DNA of 64,000 bases from an uncultured Gammaproteobacteria bacterium. Its GTDB lineage: Bacteria > Patescibacteriota > Microgenomatia > PFEM01 > JAPLYW01. The stretch spans positions 374,284 through 438,283 of the forward strand of contig OZ246397.1 in assembly GCA_965230945.1 (NCBI GenBank), read 5' to 3'. The translations under genes and the position numbers were made by a program. Of the stretch, positions 9,327 to 18,200 are shown piece by piece (positions within the stretch are counted from its first letter, which is position 1; each line of letters opens with the position of its first letter). The notes below the pieces were generated by a model. It was given only the letters and a program-made list of their open reading frames with translations. It was not told the DNA's origin and ran no database searches.

Positions 9327-11153
9327 ATGATGGAATCTAAAGGTGATGGCGGTCACAATTTTAATAAAGAAGTCAGTAAACCTGAAGGAAAGAGGATTAT
9401 TTGGTCTGAAATGGGAAGTCTTTTGAAGGATGACTCTAAAGGAGAAAAGGTTATAAAAAATCCCTTTTTGACTAGGTTAGTAAAACTTCTTTCGACAGCT
9501 GATGAAAAACGTCTTGCCGGTAAAAATTTAAGAGCCTGGCTTGATGAGGGAGATAAAAGGTGGGTTTTGGGTGATGTTTCTAAAGAAGAATGGGAAATTG
9601 TGGCTGGTGTGATAGCCGAGAGACTTGATAAGCTTGCAGGCGAGGGTGATGAAGATGCAGATTTGTCTAAGACTCTGGGGGAAAGTTTAGAAAAATCAGG
9701 AGAAAAGACAGTAAGAGCGATTAGGGATCTTAAAAATTCTCAGGAGAAAAGACAACAAATTCTTGCTGGAGAAAGAGAAGAAGAAGTCCCAGATGATGAA
9801 GAAAAACAGAGAATAAAGCTCATTATGATGGTAGAGAAGATTGAGAATAATAATCTGCCGTTGACTGACTATCGTAATACAGATATTGCCGGAAGGATAG
9901 GGACGATGATAGAAGATGAAAAGGTAAATGAGGATTTAAGAAAAGAGTGCATGGCAAGATTGAGGCTTCGTCATTGTTCAGCTATTGCTGATGCCATTCC
10001 TCCAGGTTCCAAATTAGCAAAAGAGTTTCTTATTGAATCACTTACTAATCCAGAGTCTAGATATTATGTACTTCAGGGTGATGATTTCGATTTACTTTTA
10101 AGGAAAGGCTTACCCGGCCTAAAGGTGGCTGAAGCTTTTAAACTTTTAGAGAAAGCTTCTACTTTAGGTAGAGAGATAATAGATGAAAAAGGTAAGAAGG
10201 TAAGAAAGACCTTAATGGATGAAAGTTTGTCTTTGTCGCAAAGGGAAACAATCCTGAGATCTATTATTGAAAATTTAGGTGGTGGGAAAGAAGCTAAAAA
10301 ATCTTTACAGCTAGCCCAGAGGATAGCGAAAGCTACTTTGGAGACTTCAGTTTGGAATGTAAATATACTAGGTAACGATCCCTTGTCTGAGATAATCTAT
10401 TTTAAAAATTACAGATTTGGTCGAGCTAAGACAGCTAGGGATAAAGGTCCGCTATTAACCATCAGTAGAATTGAGGGTTTTGGTAGCTCTTTTTTTAGAA
10501 GTGCGAAGAATTTTGATCAAAAGATGCTTTTCATGCCCAATGAAGATTTAAAGAAGATTAATAAAGAGAGTGATGATAGTGAGAGGATAAATAGGCTTTT
10601 ACTAAGAAACAGAGGTAGAGACGATGGCGGGAAGTTGAATAAAAATGTGGGGAGATTTGAGCGCTTTCTTGATATTGATGAAATGGAATTTACTGGAATT
10701 GCTCCAGATTCTTACTTAGTATGGCTTGGTCTTAACTTACCCAGATTATTTTTTGTTAAGGATTTGCTTCTTAAAACTCATTGGGAGCCCCAAGATTTTA
10801 ATTCAGATGCCATTGAAAGTTGGGCGAAGCCAATCTCTGTGGTCGATCCTGAAGAAATTTTAGGATTGAGAGTTGAATTTGTAGCTGGTGCTTTCTGGTC
10901 AATTTTTTCAAGACCATCTGAAGCAATGAATAGTGGTTGGGATGGTTTTAGCCTTCAGGCAGTTATAAAAAATTTGACTCGCAGTTTTGAAATTAAAGAT
11001 GAGGAAGGAAGAGAAAAGGAGATTTCTTTTTTAGATCAAGATCGCCGGAATTTTGTTATTAAATATCTTAAAAATTTTGGTATTAATATATATCATGAAG
11101 CGGCTAAAATTGGTACAAAAATTCGTTATACGAAGAGATTTATTGGTAGGTAG
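9327..11153 (+). CDS. Hypothetical soluble protein (608 aa)
   Basis: Long ORF on the opposite strand inside the T4SS-like locus; TGATATAAT upstream; no recognised motif. Confidence 0.7.
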   Translation: MMESKGDGGHNFNKEVSKPEGKRIIWSEMGSLLKDDSKGEKVIKNPFLTRLVKLLSTADEKRLAGKNLRAWLDEGDKRWVLGDVSKEEWEIVAGVIAERLDKLAGEGDEDADLSKTLGESLEKSGEKTVRAIRDLKNSQEKRQQILAGEREEEVPDDEEKQRIKLIMMVEKIENNNLPLTDYRNTDIAGRIGTMIEDEKVNEDLRKECMARLRLRHCSAIADAIPPGSKLAKEFLIESLTNPESRYYVLQGDDFDLLLRKGLPGLKVAEAFKLLEKASTLGREIIDEKGKKVRKTLMDESLSLSQRETILRSIIENLGGGKEAKKSLQLAQRIAKATLETSVWNVNILGNDPLSEIIYFKNYRFGRAKTARDKGPLLTISRIEGFGSSFFRSAKNFDQKMLFMPNEDLKKINKESDDSERINRLLLRNRGRDDGGKLNKNVGRFERFLDIDEMEFTGIAPDSYLVWLGLNLPRLFFVKDLLLKTHWEPQDFNSDAIESWAKPISVVDPEEILGLRVEFVAGAFWSIFSRPSEAMNSGWDGFSLQAVIKNLTRSFEIKDEEGREKEISFLDQDRRNFVIKYLKNFGINIYHEAAKIGTKIRYTKRFIGR

Positions 11154-11165
11154 TTTTTAGCAATA

Positions 11166-12650
11166 TTATGTATGATAGTGTTTTTGTTTTTTTGCCTGTT
11201 CTAAGTCCACTTCTTTTTCTTTTCCAGCGGAGATTGATGGGAAAACACGTTGTTTTATATAAGTGCCACCAAGATCTTTTGCTTGTTCCCACCCCCATCT
11301 AACAGGTGCAGTGACTGGGGCTAAGGTTTGGCCAAGAGCTGTTCCATATTCAAATGGTTTTTTGGTAATAGCAGATTGGATTATGTCAGCTGCTTTGGGG
11401 ATAAGCAGGATAATAAAAATTCCAACGAAAGGGAAGATGAGGGTGGTGAGTATCCAGAATGGACCGTATGTTGCGCTAGTCTTCAAAATACTCCCTAGGC
11501 CGATGAAGTTAAACTCTGCTATAGCTGTTAAAGCCTTACCATAGTCACCTGTAAGTTTTCCAATTGCTTCTAAAACGCCTGTGATCATAAGGTAAAAGCC
11601 AAGAAGAAGCATAGTAAGCATTGTGGGTAAAACAGCAATGTTGGCTAGGAGGTTTTTAAACCAGGCTCCCATAGCGTTGCTTCCAGGCAAAACTCCTATT
11701 AGGATTTGGAATGGAGCAAAGATAAGATTGATAACTATCATCGCAAAGGCTTTAAGTAAGGTCCAGAGGGCACGAAAGAATGCAATTAATAAAAGAAGCC
11801 CAATAATTAAGTTTAAAATTAATCCAAGGGGAAAGAGAAAGATGAAAAACATAAAAATATAGGGAGCGGCAAGGAGCATAACGAAATAGTTAGTAAGTAG
11901 GCCTAAGGCAAGACCGCCTAGCCCCATATCAGCACCAAAAAAGTCTAAGGCGCTATTTTTTAAGGTTCCTCCAAGCCCCTCAAATAATTCAACAGTAAGA
12001 CCCCAAAAGATATTACCGATAACCCCATTTATAAAAAAGGCGACATCAATTAACAAGCCTACGATTGCGTAAGAGAGGGTAATCAAAATTAAAGCAAAAA
12101 CAACTCGTGGTAGAGCAGATTGAATAGTAATTACGGCTTGGGGGGAGATTTTTACTCGGAACATAATAGCAAAGCCCATTCCTACCAAAATAAGAGCAAA
12201 GAGAATATAGGAGATATTACGAAAAGCTTTCCAAATGTTTTGGGTTATCGCCATAATTTTATACCCAGAAACGATTTTTTCTTGAGCGTAAACAGGCTTT
12301 GTAATTCCTAACTGCCTCCCGATATCAGCGAAATACTGAACCCCAGAAGCCGGTGGAGAACTATAAATACCGGCAATTAAAATCGTTGTCGCTCCAAGTA
12401 AACCTGGATTTTTTTCTCTAGCTTCAGGATCCCAAAAATTGCCAATAATAAAATGTTGAATTGAACCAGCAATAGCTTTCATTGTTTCATTAACAAAGCT
12501 TTGGAGGTTCATTTCTTCCGCCTTGATGGCTTCTTCAAATTGGAATTGGCTACCTTTGGTTTCAAAGGCTAAAGCGGGGCGAAGAAACAAAGGAAGAATC
12601 AGAAGAAAGATAAGAATTCCTAAAACGACTTTTCTTTTTTTGGCAGGCAT
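11166..12650 (-). CDS. Polytopic membrane protein, VirB6/TrbL-like
   Basis: Many TM helices; WKAFRNISY..IMFRVKISPQAVITIQSALP motif; T4SS context. Confidence 0.7.
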   Translation of the reverse strand: MPAKKRKVVLGILIFLLILPLFLRPALAFETKGSQFQFEEAIKAEEMNLQSFVNETMKAIAGSIQHFIIGNFWDPEAREKNPGLLGATTILIAGIYSSPPASGVQYFADIGRQLGITKPVYAQEKIVSGYKIMAITQNIWKAFRNISYILFALILVGMGFAIMFRVKISPQAVITIQSALPRVVFALILITLSYAIVGLLIDVAFFINGVIGNIFWGLTVELFEGLGGTLKNSALDFFGADMGLGGLALGLLTNYFVMLLAAPYIFMFFIFLFPLGLILNLIIGLLLLIAFFRALWTLLKAFAMIVINLIFAPFQILIGVLPGSNAMGAWFKNLLANIAVLPTMLTMLLLGFYLMITGVLEAIGKLTGDYGKALTAIAEFNFIGLGSILKTSATYGPFWILTTLIFPFVGIFIILLIPKAADIIQSAITKKPFEYGTALGQTLAPVTAPVRWGWEQAKDLGGTYIKQRVFPSISAGKEKEVDLEQAKKQKHYHT

Positions 12651-12704
12651 ATTAGTTAATTAAACGATAACATCAATTAGTACGAAATTCAACAACTACT
12701 CTTC

Positions 12705-14453
12705 CTATTTTTTGGGTCGTAAAGCTTCATTAACAACATATTCTTTCGCTTTTTGAACCCCGCCAAGGTGGGGGAAATAAAATAAACCTTTTTGGGGAGA
12801 AACATCTGGGTCATAGCTGTAAGAAACTGTGTCTGCTGCGGCTATATCGTCAAAAACTGGGTAGCTATGAGGGCGAAAGATATTAAAGAAACCGCCATTA
12901 GCATTGGCAGTATAACTCCAGATTTCGTCTAGATAAGGATGATAAAGATTGACACCAAAACCGCGGGAAACATCCTTTTCAGCTGGATCATTGCAAGATG
13001 CTGAAGGAGAGGCACTTAAAATACATTCGTCATAAAAAGGATTATCAAATTCTTCCTGAGCAACTAATTTTCCTGTGATTTCTTGACAACAAAGTTCGTC
13101 ACCATCCTCGTTGGCTAAAAGATAATTTTCTTTAAAGCAGGCGTAGGGTGGGGTGGTTTTGGAGATTTCGGGAGTTTTAACCATTTCAATTTCTTTGCCT
13201 TTTGGAGTAAGGATTTGGCTGATGATTTGGCTTCCCTCATAAAGCCGAGCCAAATGAGGTACAGCCTCAATTTTAGCTTCTTCAACTTCAAAAGTATCTT
13301 CTGGATGTTCATAAGCCAAATAGGGATCAATTTTACCTTGAATATCTTCCCGACTTAACATTGGTGTTGCCTGCCAAAGCCGATACCATTCCCCCTCATC
13401 TCTATTTTTCCATTCTAAAAAATCCTCTTTATATTTTAAAAAATCTTCTTGGTATTTTTCTTCATTTGGGTTAGGGGGAGGGATAATTTCAGAAAGATTT
13501 TCCTCTTCTGTTTTGCCTGTATAGATATGAACTATTCCTGGTATTTTCTGAGAGAGTTCAGTCAAACCCTTATAAATGTCTCCAATAATAGGTGCTTTTT
13601 CAATGAAATCGCTTGTTTTGGCAACAAACCAACCAGGGGTTCCTTCTTGAAGACTAGCATAAAGACAGTAGTGGCCAATATCTGGAATATCTAGTTTAAT
13701 TTCTGGGGGGTTTTCATAATTCAAAATGTGGCTAAAAAAGGCGATAATCTTGTTGACTGTCTCACGGTTGACAAAATCAACGATTTCTTCACCAACAAAC
13801 TTAGTTGCATCTAGCCAAAAAGGAAAGTCCCAACAAAAGCGGCCAATATATTTAATCTTGTAATCATGAATCTCTTTTTCTTGAGCTCTTGTTATCAATT
13901 GTTTTTTAAGTTGATTTTGATATTCAAAGGGTGTGAGTTTTCTTAATATTCCTTGATAATTAGTGAGAGTGGTTTTATTGCCATGATTGCGATAATATTC
14001 ATCAGTTCCCTCTAGATAATCAGCTAGATATTTTTCTTCGCTGGCATTAGAAATTTCCCAAAACTGGAACAATGTTTCTTCTTCCATATTTCTTTTACCG
14101 ACAAAAGGAATTTTGATTTCGGTGGGGTCGATAGTTACATTACCAGTCCAGTCTTCTTTAATAATTTCACCTTCGTTTTTGCGATATTCAATTTCATCAA
14201 ATACTTCAAAAGAGGTAGCACAAAAGGGAGTAAGGGGAGCTTCCTTATCGCATAAATTGCATTTTGCCGGTCGAGGATCTCTTTCTAATGAAGTTTCGCC
14301 AGGATCACATTCAACTTCAGCAGGCCCTAGGGATTTAGCGAAAATTGATTGAACACCAAATTTGGAAAAGGAGAAAATAATAAAAAAAATAAGCAAAAAA
14401 AATAAGGCGGCCTTTTTCATTAAAGAAAATCTAAGGATTGAGCAGGGTTTCAT
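12705..14453 (-). CDS. Secreted Cys-containing hypothetical protein
   Basis: Signal-peptide-like N-terminus, paired cysteines; between the pilins and the VirB6-like gene. Confidence 0.65.
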   Translation of the reverse strand: MKPCSILRFSLMKKAALFFLLIFFIIFSFSKFGVQSIFAKSLGPAEVECDPGETSLERDPRPAKCNLCDKEAPLTPFCATSFEVFDEIEYRKNEGEIIKEDWTGNVTIDPTEIKIPFVGKRNMEEETLFQFWEISNASEEKYLADYLEGTDEYYRNHGNKTTLTNYQGILRKLTPFEYQNQLKKQLITRAQEKEIHDYKIKYIGRFCWDFPFWLDATKFVGEEIVDFVNRETVNKIIAFFSHILNYENPPEIKLDIPDIGHYCLYASLQEGTPGWFVAKTSDFIEKAPIIGDIYKGLTELSQKIPGIVHIYTGKTEEENLSEIIPPPNPNEEKYQEDFLKYKEDFLEWKNRDEGEWYRLWQATPMLSREDIQGKIDPYLAYEHPEDTFEVEEAKIEAVPHLARLYEGSQIISQILTPKGKEIEMVKTPEISKTTPPYACFKENYLLANEDGDELCCQEITGKLVAQEEFDNPFYDECILSASPSASCNDPAEKDVSRGFGVNLYHPYLDEIWSYTANANGGFFNIFRPHSYPVFDDIAAADTVSYSYDPDVSPQKGLFYFPHLGGVQKAKEYVVNEALRPKK

Positions 14454-14455
14454 TT

Positions 14456-14824
14456 TTAATCTAGCGTTTTATAAGGAATTGTTATGTTTGTAGTAAGGTT
14501 GATGCCGGTGAATTTTTCTAAAAAGAGCATTATAAACCAGGCGGCGATGACCGTTACTAGGCCGAAGATAGCATAGGTGATGGTTTGACTTGCAGCTTGG
14601 GTTCTTTTAGGATCACCACCAGCAGTAAGATATTGGAAACCACCGACAATAAGCATAATGAAAGCAGCGATTCCAGCTAATCGAACAACGATATTAAGAA
14701 TTCTTGAGATAATGGAACCTAGGTCTTCAATTTTTGCCGGTTGATCAGGATCGGCTTCGTTTGACCATCCTTGAGCCAAAACAAGCGCCGGCAACATGGC
14801 TAGATAAGAGGTAATTTTCTTCAC
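14456..14824 (-). CDS. TrbC/VirB2-like pilin 1
   Basis: Two TM helices with GGFQYLTAGGDPKRTQAA..ITYAIFG signature. Confidence 0.85.
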   Translation of the reverse strand: MKKITSYLAMLPALVLAQGWSNEADPDQPAKIEDLGSIISRILNIVVRLAGIAAFIMLIVGGFQYLTAGGDPKRTQAASQTITYAIFGLVTVIAAWFIMLFLEKFTGINLTTNITIPYKTLD

Positions 14825-14894
14825 GCTTTAAATTTACACTAAAAAAATATACCCGTCAAGAAAAGTAGTTTAAATAATTAAACCCTTTTGTTGC

Positions 14895-15260
14895 CTAGAC
14901 GGTTGGGATGCTTAAGGTTAAGATTTGGATACCAAAGAAGGTTTCAATTAACCTTATAATAGCCCAAGCAGCAAAAACAATGACTAAGCCAACTAAGGCA
15001 GCCGTCAAGGTTTGTTGAGCATTAGCTGTTTTTTCTTTATCGCCACCTGAGGTAACCCATTTAATACCACCGATGATTAGGAAGATAAAGGCGATTAAGG
15101 CAGCAATGACTAAAATTAAGCGGATGGCGCCAGAAACAATTCTAGGCACTGTTAATTCAGCTAGATTGGCAAATTGGCCTCCTGGAGCAAGATCAATTTC
15201 TTCAGCTGCAAAAACAACAGCAGGGAGTATATTTTTGATTTTACTAATTAGTTTTTTAAT
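14895..15260 (-). CDS. TrbC/VirB2-like pilin 2, probable ATT start
   Basis: GGIKWVTSGGDKEKTANAQQTLTAALVG signature; frame open to ATT at 15260, 7 nt after SD GGAGGTG; the extension adds a signal-like MKKLISKIKNILPAVVFA. Confidence 0.82.
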   Translation of the reverse strand: MKKLISKIKNILPAVVFAAEEIDLAPGGQFANLAELTVPRIVSGAIRLILVIAALIAFIFLIIGGIKWVTSGGDKEKTANAQQTLTAALVGLVIVFAAWAIIRLIETFFGIQILTLSIPTV

Positions 15261-15287
15261 ATTTTTTCACCTCCTTTCACTTTAATA

Positions 15288-15316
15288 ATATTATTATGCT
15301 TCTTACTTACTGTCAA
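15288..15316 (-). promoter_or_regulatory. Sigma70-type promoter for pilin 2
   Basis: Minus strand TTGACA-17 nt-TAATAT upstream of a strong SD. Confidence 0.55.
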
Positions 15317-15684
15317 ATTGTACCGGCTGTTGGTAAAGGAATTTTCAGATCTTTAAGCCAGCCTAGTCCAAAGATACTGCCAATAAAATTAGCAATGGCA
15401 AAAACACAGATGAGAATGATAAAGCCAACAATGGCATTGCTAAGTCTTCTTTGGGCGCCCTGAAGTCTTTCTTTATCAGAGCCGCTGGTGGCCCAGGCAA
15501 TACCACTCCAGACAATCATGATTAGAAGTATGATTGCGCCGGCAATAATCATCATATTGATAATATTAGCGAGTAGTTGTCCAATAATAACTGGTCCGGC
15601 ATCGGTGCCGCCCCTACCAAATTTAGGCACTAGAGGGTTATAAATAGTGCCTTCTTGAGCGAAAACAGTCTTTATTATTTTCAT
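15313..15684 (-). CDS. TrbC/VirB2-like pilin 3
   Basis: SGIAWATSGSDKERLQGAQRRLSNAIVG signature. Confidence 0.85.
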   Translation of the reverse strand: MKIIKTVFAQEGTIYNPLVPKFGRGGTDAGPVIIGQLLANIINMMIIAGAIILLIMIVWSGIAWATSGSDKERLQGAQRRLSNAIVGFIILICVFAIANFIGSIFGLGWLKDLKIPLPTAGTI

Positions 15685-16052
15685 TGGCCTCCAATGTTTA
15701 TAATATTGGTAATAGCTTCATTAATTTCTAAAAACCTTACCCCAAAAATTTTCCCTACCAGAGCTATTAATGCATAGGCTCCAACAACAATGGCCAGACC
15801 AATAATAGAGTTAGTTAATTTACGGCCAGCATTAACGAGTCTTTCTCTATCTCCACCAGCGCTTAAGTAGTTGTAGCCAGCAACAATAACCTGGAATAGA
15901 AACCAAATACCAGCACCAATAGTCATTGCTCCTATGGCTATACTAATGATGTCAGCAAGAATAACTCCTGGCTGTTCTGGGCTAACCCAAGGTCCTAAAC
16001 CTTCTCCTCCAATGGTGCCTAATTCTTTGTCTGCTAGTAATATTCTTGTCAT
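15681..16052 (-). CDS. TrbC/VirB2-like pilin 4
   Basis: AGYNYLSAGGDRERLVNAGRKLTNSIIG signature. Confidence 0.85.
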   Translation of the reverse strand: MTRILLADKELGTIGGEGLGPWVSPEQPGVILADIISIAIGAMTIGAGIWFLFQVIVAGYNYLSAGGDRERLVNAGRKLTNSIIGLAIVVGAYALIALVGKIFGVRFLEINEAITNIINIGGQ

Positions 16053-16053
16053 T

Positions 16054-16461
16054 TTATTCCCCTGGTCCGTAAATAACTGGTTTTAAAATAGCGGTGGCAT
16101 TACCAAATAAAAGTAAACCTAATAATCCAGCTAAGGCAAAGGAGCCAATGATAATTAATAGCCCTACCATTGATTGCCAGATCTTAGCCCAGGCAAGTTC
16201 GACTTTTTTAGGATCACCAGCGGCGCTCATAAATTGGTATCCAGCTAAAATGAAATTGAACAAAGCCCAAATTCCGGCACCAACAACAAGAAGTTTAAGA
16301 ATGTTATTAAAGAGAACGATCATTCCTTCTGGTCCTCCCCCAGGATATAACTTTTCAAGCGCCTCTGGGGGCTTTATTTTACCGAAAATACCTCCTGTCT
16401 TTATTGAGCTGCCTTTCCCTGCGTCTATATCTTGATATAGAGATGCTAGTCTATTTATCAT
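16054..16461 (-). CDS. TrbC/VirB2-like pilin 5
   Basis: AGYQFMSAAGDPKKVELAWAKIWQSMVG signature. Confidence 0.85.
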   Translation of the reverse strand: MINRLASLYQDIDAGKGSSIKTGGIFGKIKPPEALEKLYPGGGPEGMIVLFNNILKLLVVGAGIWALFNFILAGYQFMSAAGDPKKVELAWAKIWQSMVGLLIIIGSFALAGLLGLLLFGNATAILKPVIYGPGE

Positions 16462-16802
16462 AAGCCTGAGTTAAAAATATTGATTCCTGTTACAATTTCG
16501 ATAATTCTTATAATCCAAAAGGAACAAAAGATGATAACAAAGCCAATTAAAGCAGCCGTAATTGCTTGTTTGCCTTTTTTGGCTTGTTCTGGATTCTCTT
16601 GTCCTGCTCCCATCATAAACATAAATCCACCGACAATCAAGAGTATGAAAAGAATTATTCCAGCAAGGATATAAATGTTGTTTAAAAGATTGGAAATTAT
16701 TTCTCCAATTGAACCAAACCCAGGAGCATCTTTAATACCGGTATTTTGTTTAACCCAAAAATCTTCACCGATATTTATCTTAAAAGCAAGTAATTTTTTC
16801 AC
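16458..16802 (-). CDS. TrbC/VirB2-like pilin 6
   Basis: GGFMFMMGAGQENPEQAKKGKQAITAALIG signature. Confidence 0.85.
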   Translation of the reverse strand: MKKLLAFKINIGEDFWVKQNTGIKDAPGFGSIGEIISNLLNNIYILAGIILFILLIVGGFMFMMGAGQENPEQAKKGKQAITAALIGFVIIFCSFWIIRIIEIVTGINIFNSGL

Positions 16803-16856
16803 CGCCTTAGTTTAGCAAGATTTAGTTAAAAGTGTCAACAAAAAGTTAGACTTTAA

Positions 16857-17597
16857 ATGTTTAAAGTGCTAGAATCAGTACTTACCGTGGCCAAGTTAGA
16901 ACTAGATATGGACAATATTCCTCAGCATATTGGTATTATTATGGATGGTAATCGAAGATGGGCAGAAAAGAAAGGTCTAGGCGTTGATGAAGGCCATGAG
17001 GAAGGTTTAAGAGCTTTAGAAAAAATTGTTGATCATTGTTTAGAATTAGGAGTAAGGAATTTGACCGTTTATGCTCTTTCTACTGAAAATTGGCGAAAAA
17101 GAACGAAAAGTGAGGTAAAAGGCATTTTCAGTCTTTTACTTAGGGTTTGTAAAGAAAAGAAAGAGAAATACCAAAAAAGAGGCATTAAATTTGTGGTTTT
17201 GGGTGAGTTTCAAGCTTTTCCCCGCAAGGTGGCTCGAGCCATTAAAGAAGTGCTTGACATTATTAAGAAAAATGAACGCTTAAGAGTTAATGTTGCTTTA
17301 AATTATGGAGGTCGAGATGAAATTCTTCGAGCTGTTAAAGAAGTTATATCTCATAAAATTCCCGCCAAAAAAATTAATGAAAAAATCTTTGGCAAATTCC
17401 TTTATACCAGTGGTGAACCTGATCCTGATTTAATTATTCGCACTGGAGGAGAAGTTAGACTTTCTAATTTTCTTTTATGGCAGATCTCTTATGCTGAACT
17501 TTACTTTACTAATGTTTTATGGCCTGATTTTACCCCAAAAGAGTTAGACAAAGCGATTATTGAATACCAGAGGAGAAAAAGAAACTTCGGGAAGTAG
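16857..17597 (+). CDS. uppS: Undecaprenyl diphosphate synthase (true start probably 16887 or 16908)
   Basis: PQHIGIIMDGNRRWA, STENW, NYGGRDEI, DLIIRTGGEVRLSNFLLWQ. Confidence 0.96.
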   Translation: MFKVLESVLTVAKLELDMDNIPQHIGIIMDGNRRWAEKKGLGVDEGHEEGLRALEKIVDHCLELGVRNLTVYALSTENWRKRTKSEVKGIFSLLLRVCKEKKEKYQKRGIKFVVLGEFQAFPRKVARAIKEVLDIIKKNERLRVNVALNYGGRDEILRAVKEVISHKIPAKKINEKIFGKFLYTSGEPDPDLIIRTGGEVRLSNFLLWQISYAELYFTNVLWPDFTPKELDKAIIEYQRRKRNFGK

Positions 17598-17915
17598 TTA
17601 TCTTAAAATACTTATTCCAAAAACAATTTCTAGAATTCTCATTAGCCAATAGCTGATAAAAATAATAACAAAGCCAATAATTGCCGAGGTGATTCTTCCC
17701 TGAGCGGTTTTAACCTTGTCTGGATTACCGCCAGAAGTTAAAAGGCCAAATCCACCCATAATTAGCATAATAAATAAAACTAAGCCAGCAATGGTAAAAA
17801 TATAAGGAATTAATGCAGAGATAATATCACTGATACTGGCATCTTTAAATTTAAAACCAATAGGTTCGGTAATTTCTTTTTCTACTCCTGGTAAAGTTAA
17901 AGCTAATTTTTTCAT
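17598..17915 (-). CDS. TrbC/VirB2-like pilin 7
   Basis: GGFGLLTSGGNPDKVKTAQGRITSAIIG signature; ATG 17915 follows the stop of pilin 8. Confidence 0.83.
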   Translation of the reverse strand: MKKLALTLPGVEKEITEPIGFKFKDASISDIISALIPYIFTIAGLVLFIMLIMGGFGLLTSGGNPDKVKTAQGRITSAIIGFVIIFISYWLMRILEIVFGISILR

Positions 17916-17916
17916 T

Positions 17917-18186
17917 TTATTTGAACCCCGGAATCTCAAGAATATCATGGCCAAGAAGTCTCAGTATAAAAACAGAAAAGATGATTAAAAGTAGGCCAGC
18001 AATGGCCGAGGTAATCATTTCCTTACCAGCTTTGACTCTATCTGGGTTACCTGCTGATAGAATAATTTGAAAACCGCCAAAAACAATAAGTAAAAAAGCA
18101 ATTACTCCACCTAGACCCATGGCGATTGGGAGTATGTTGTTGATTTTTTCAGCGAGGTCTTCCATATGTTGCTTAAATTCTATCAC
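17917..18186 (-). CDS. TrbC/VirB2-like pilin 8
   Basis: GGFQIILSAGNPDRVKAGKEMITSAIAG signature. Confidence 0.83.
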   Translation of the reverse strand: MIEFKQHMEDLAEKINNILPIAMGLGGVIAFLLIVFGGFQIILSAGNPDRVKAGKEMITSAIAGLLLIIFSVFILRLLGHDILEIPGFK

Positions 18187-18200
18187 TTTCCCTTAATAAG

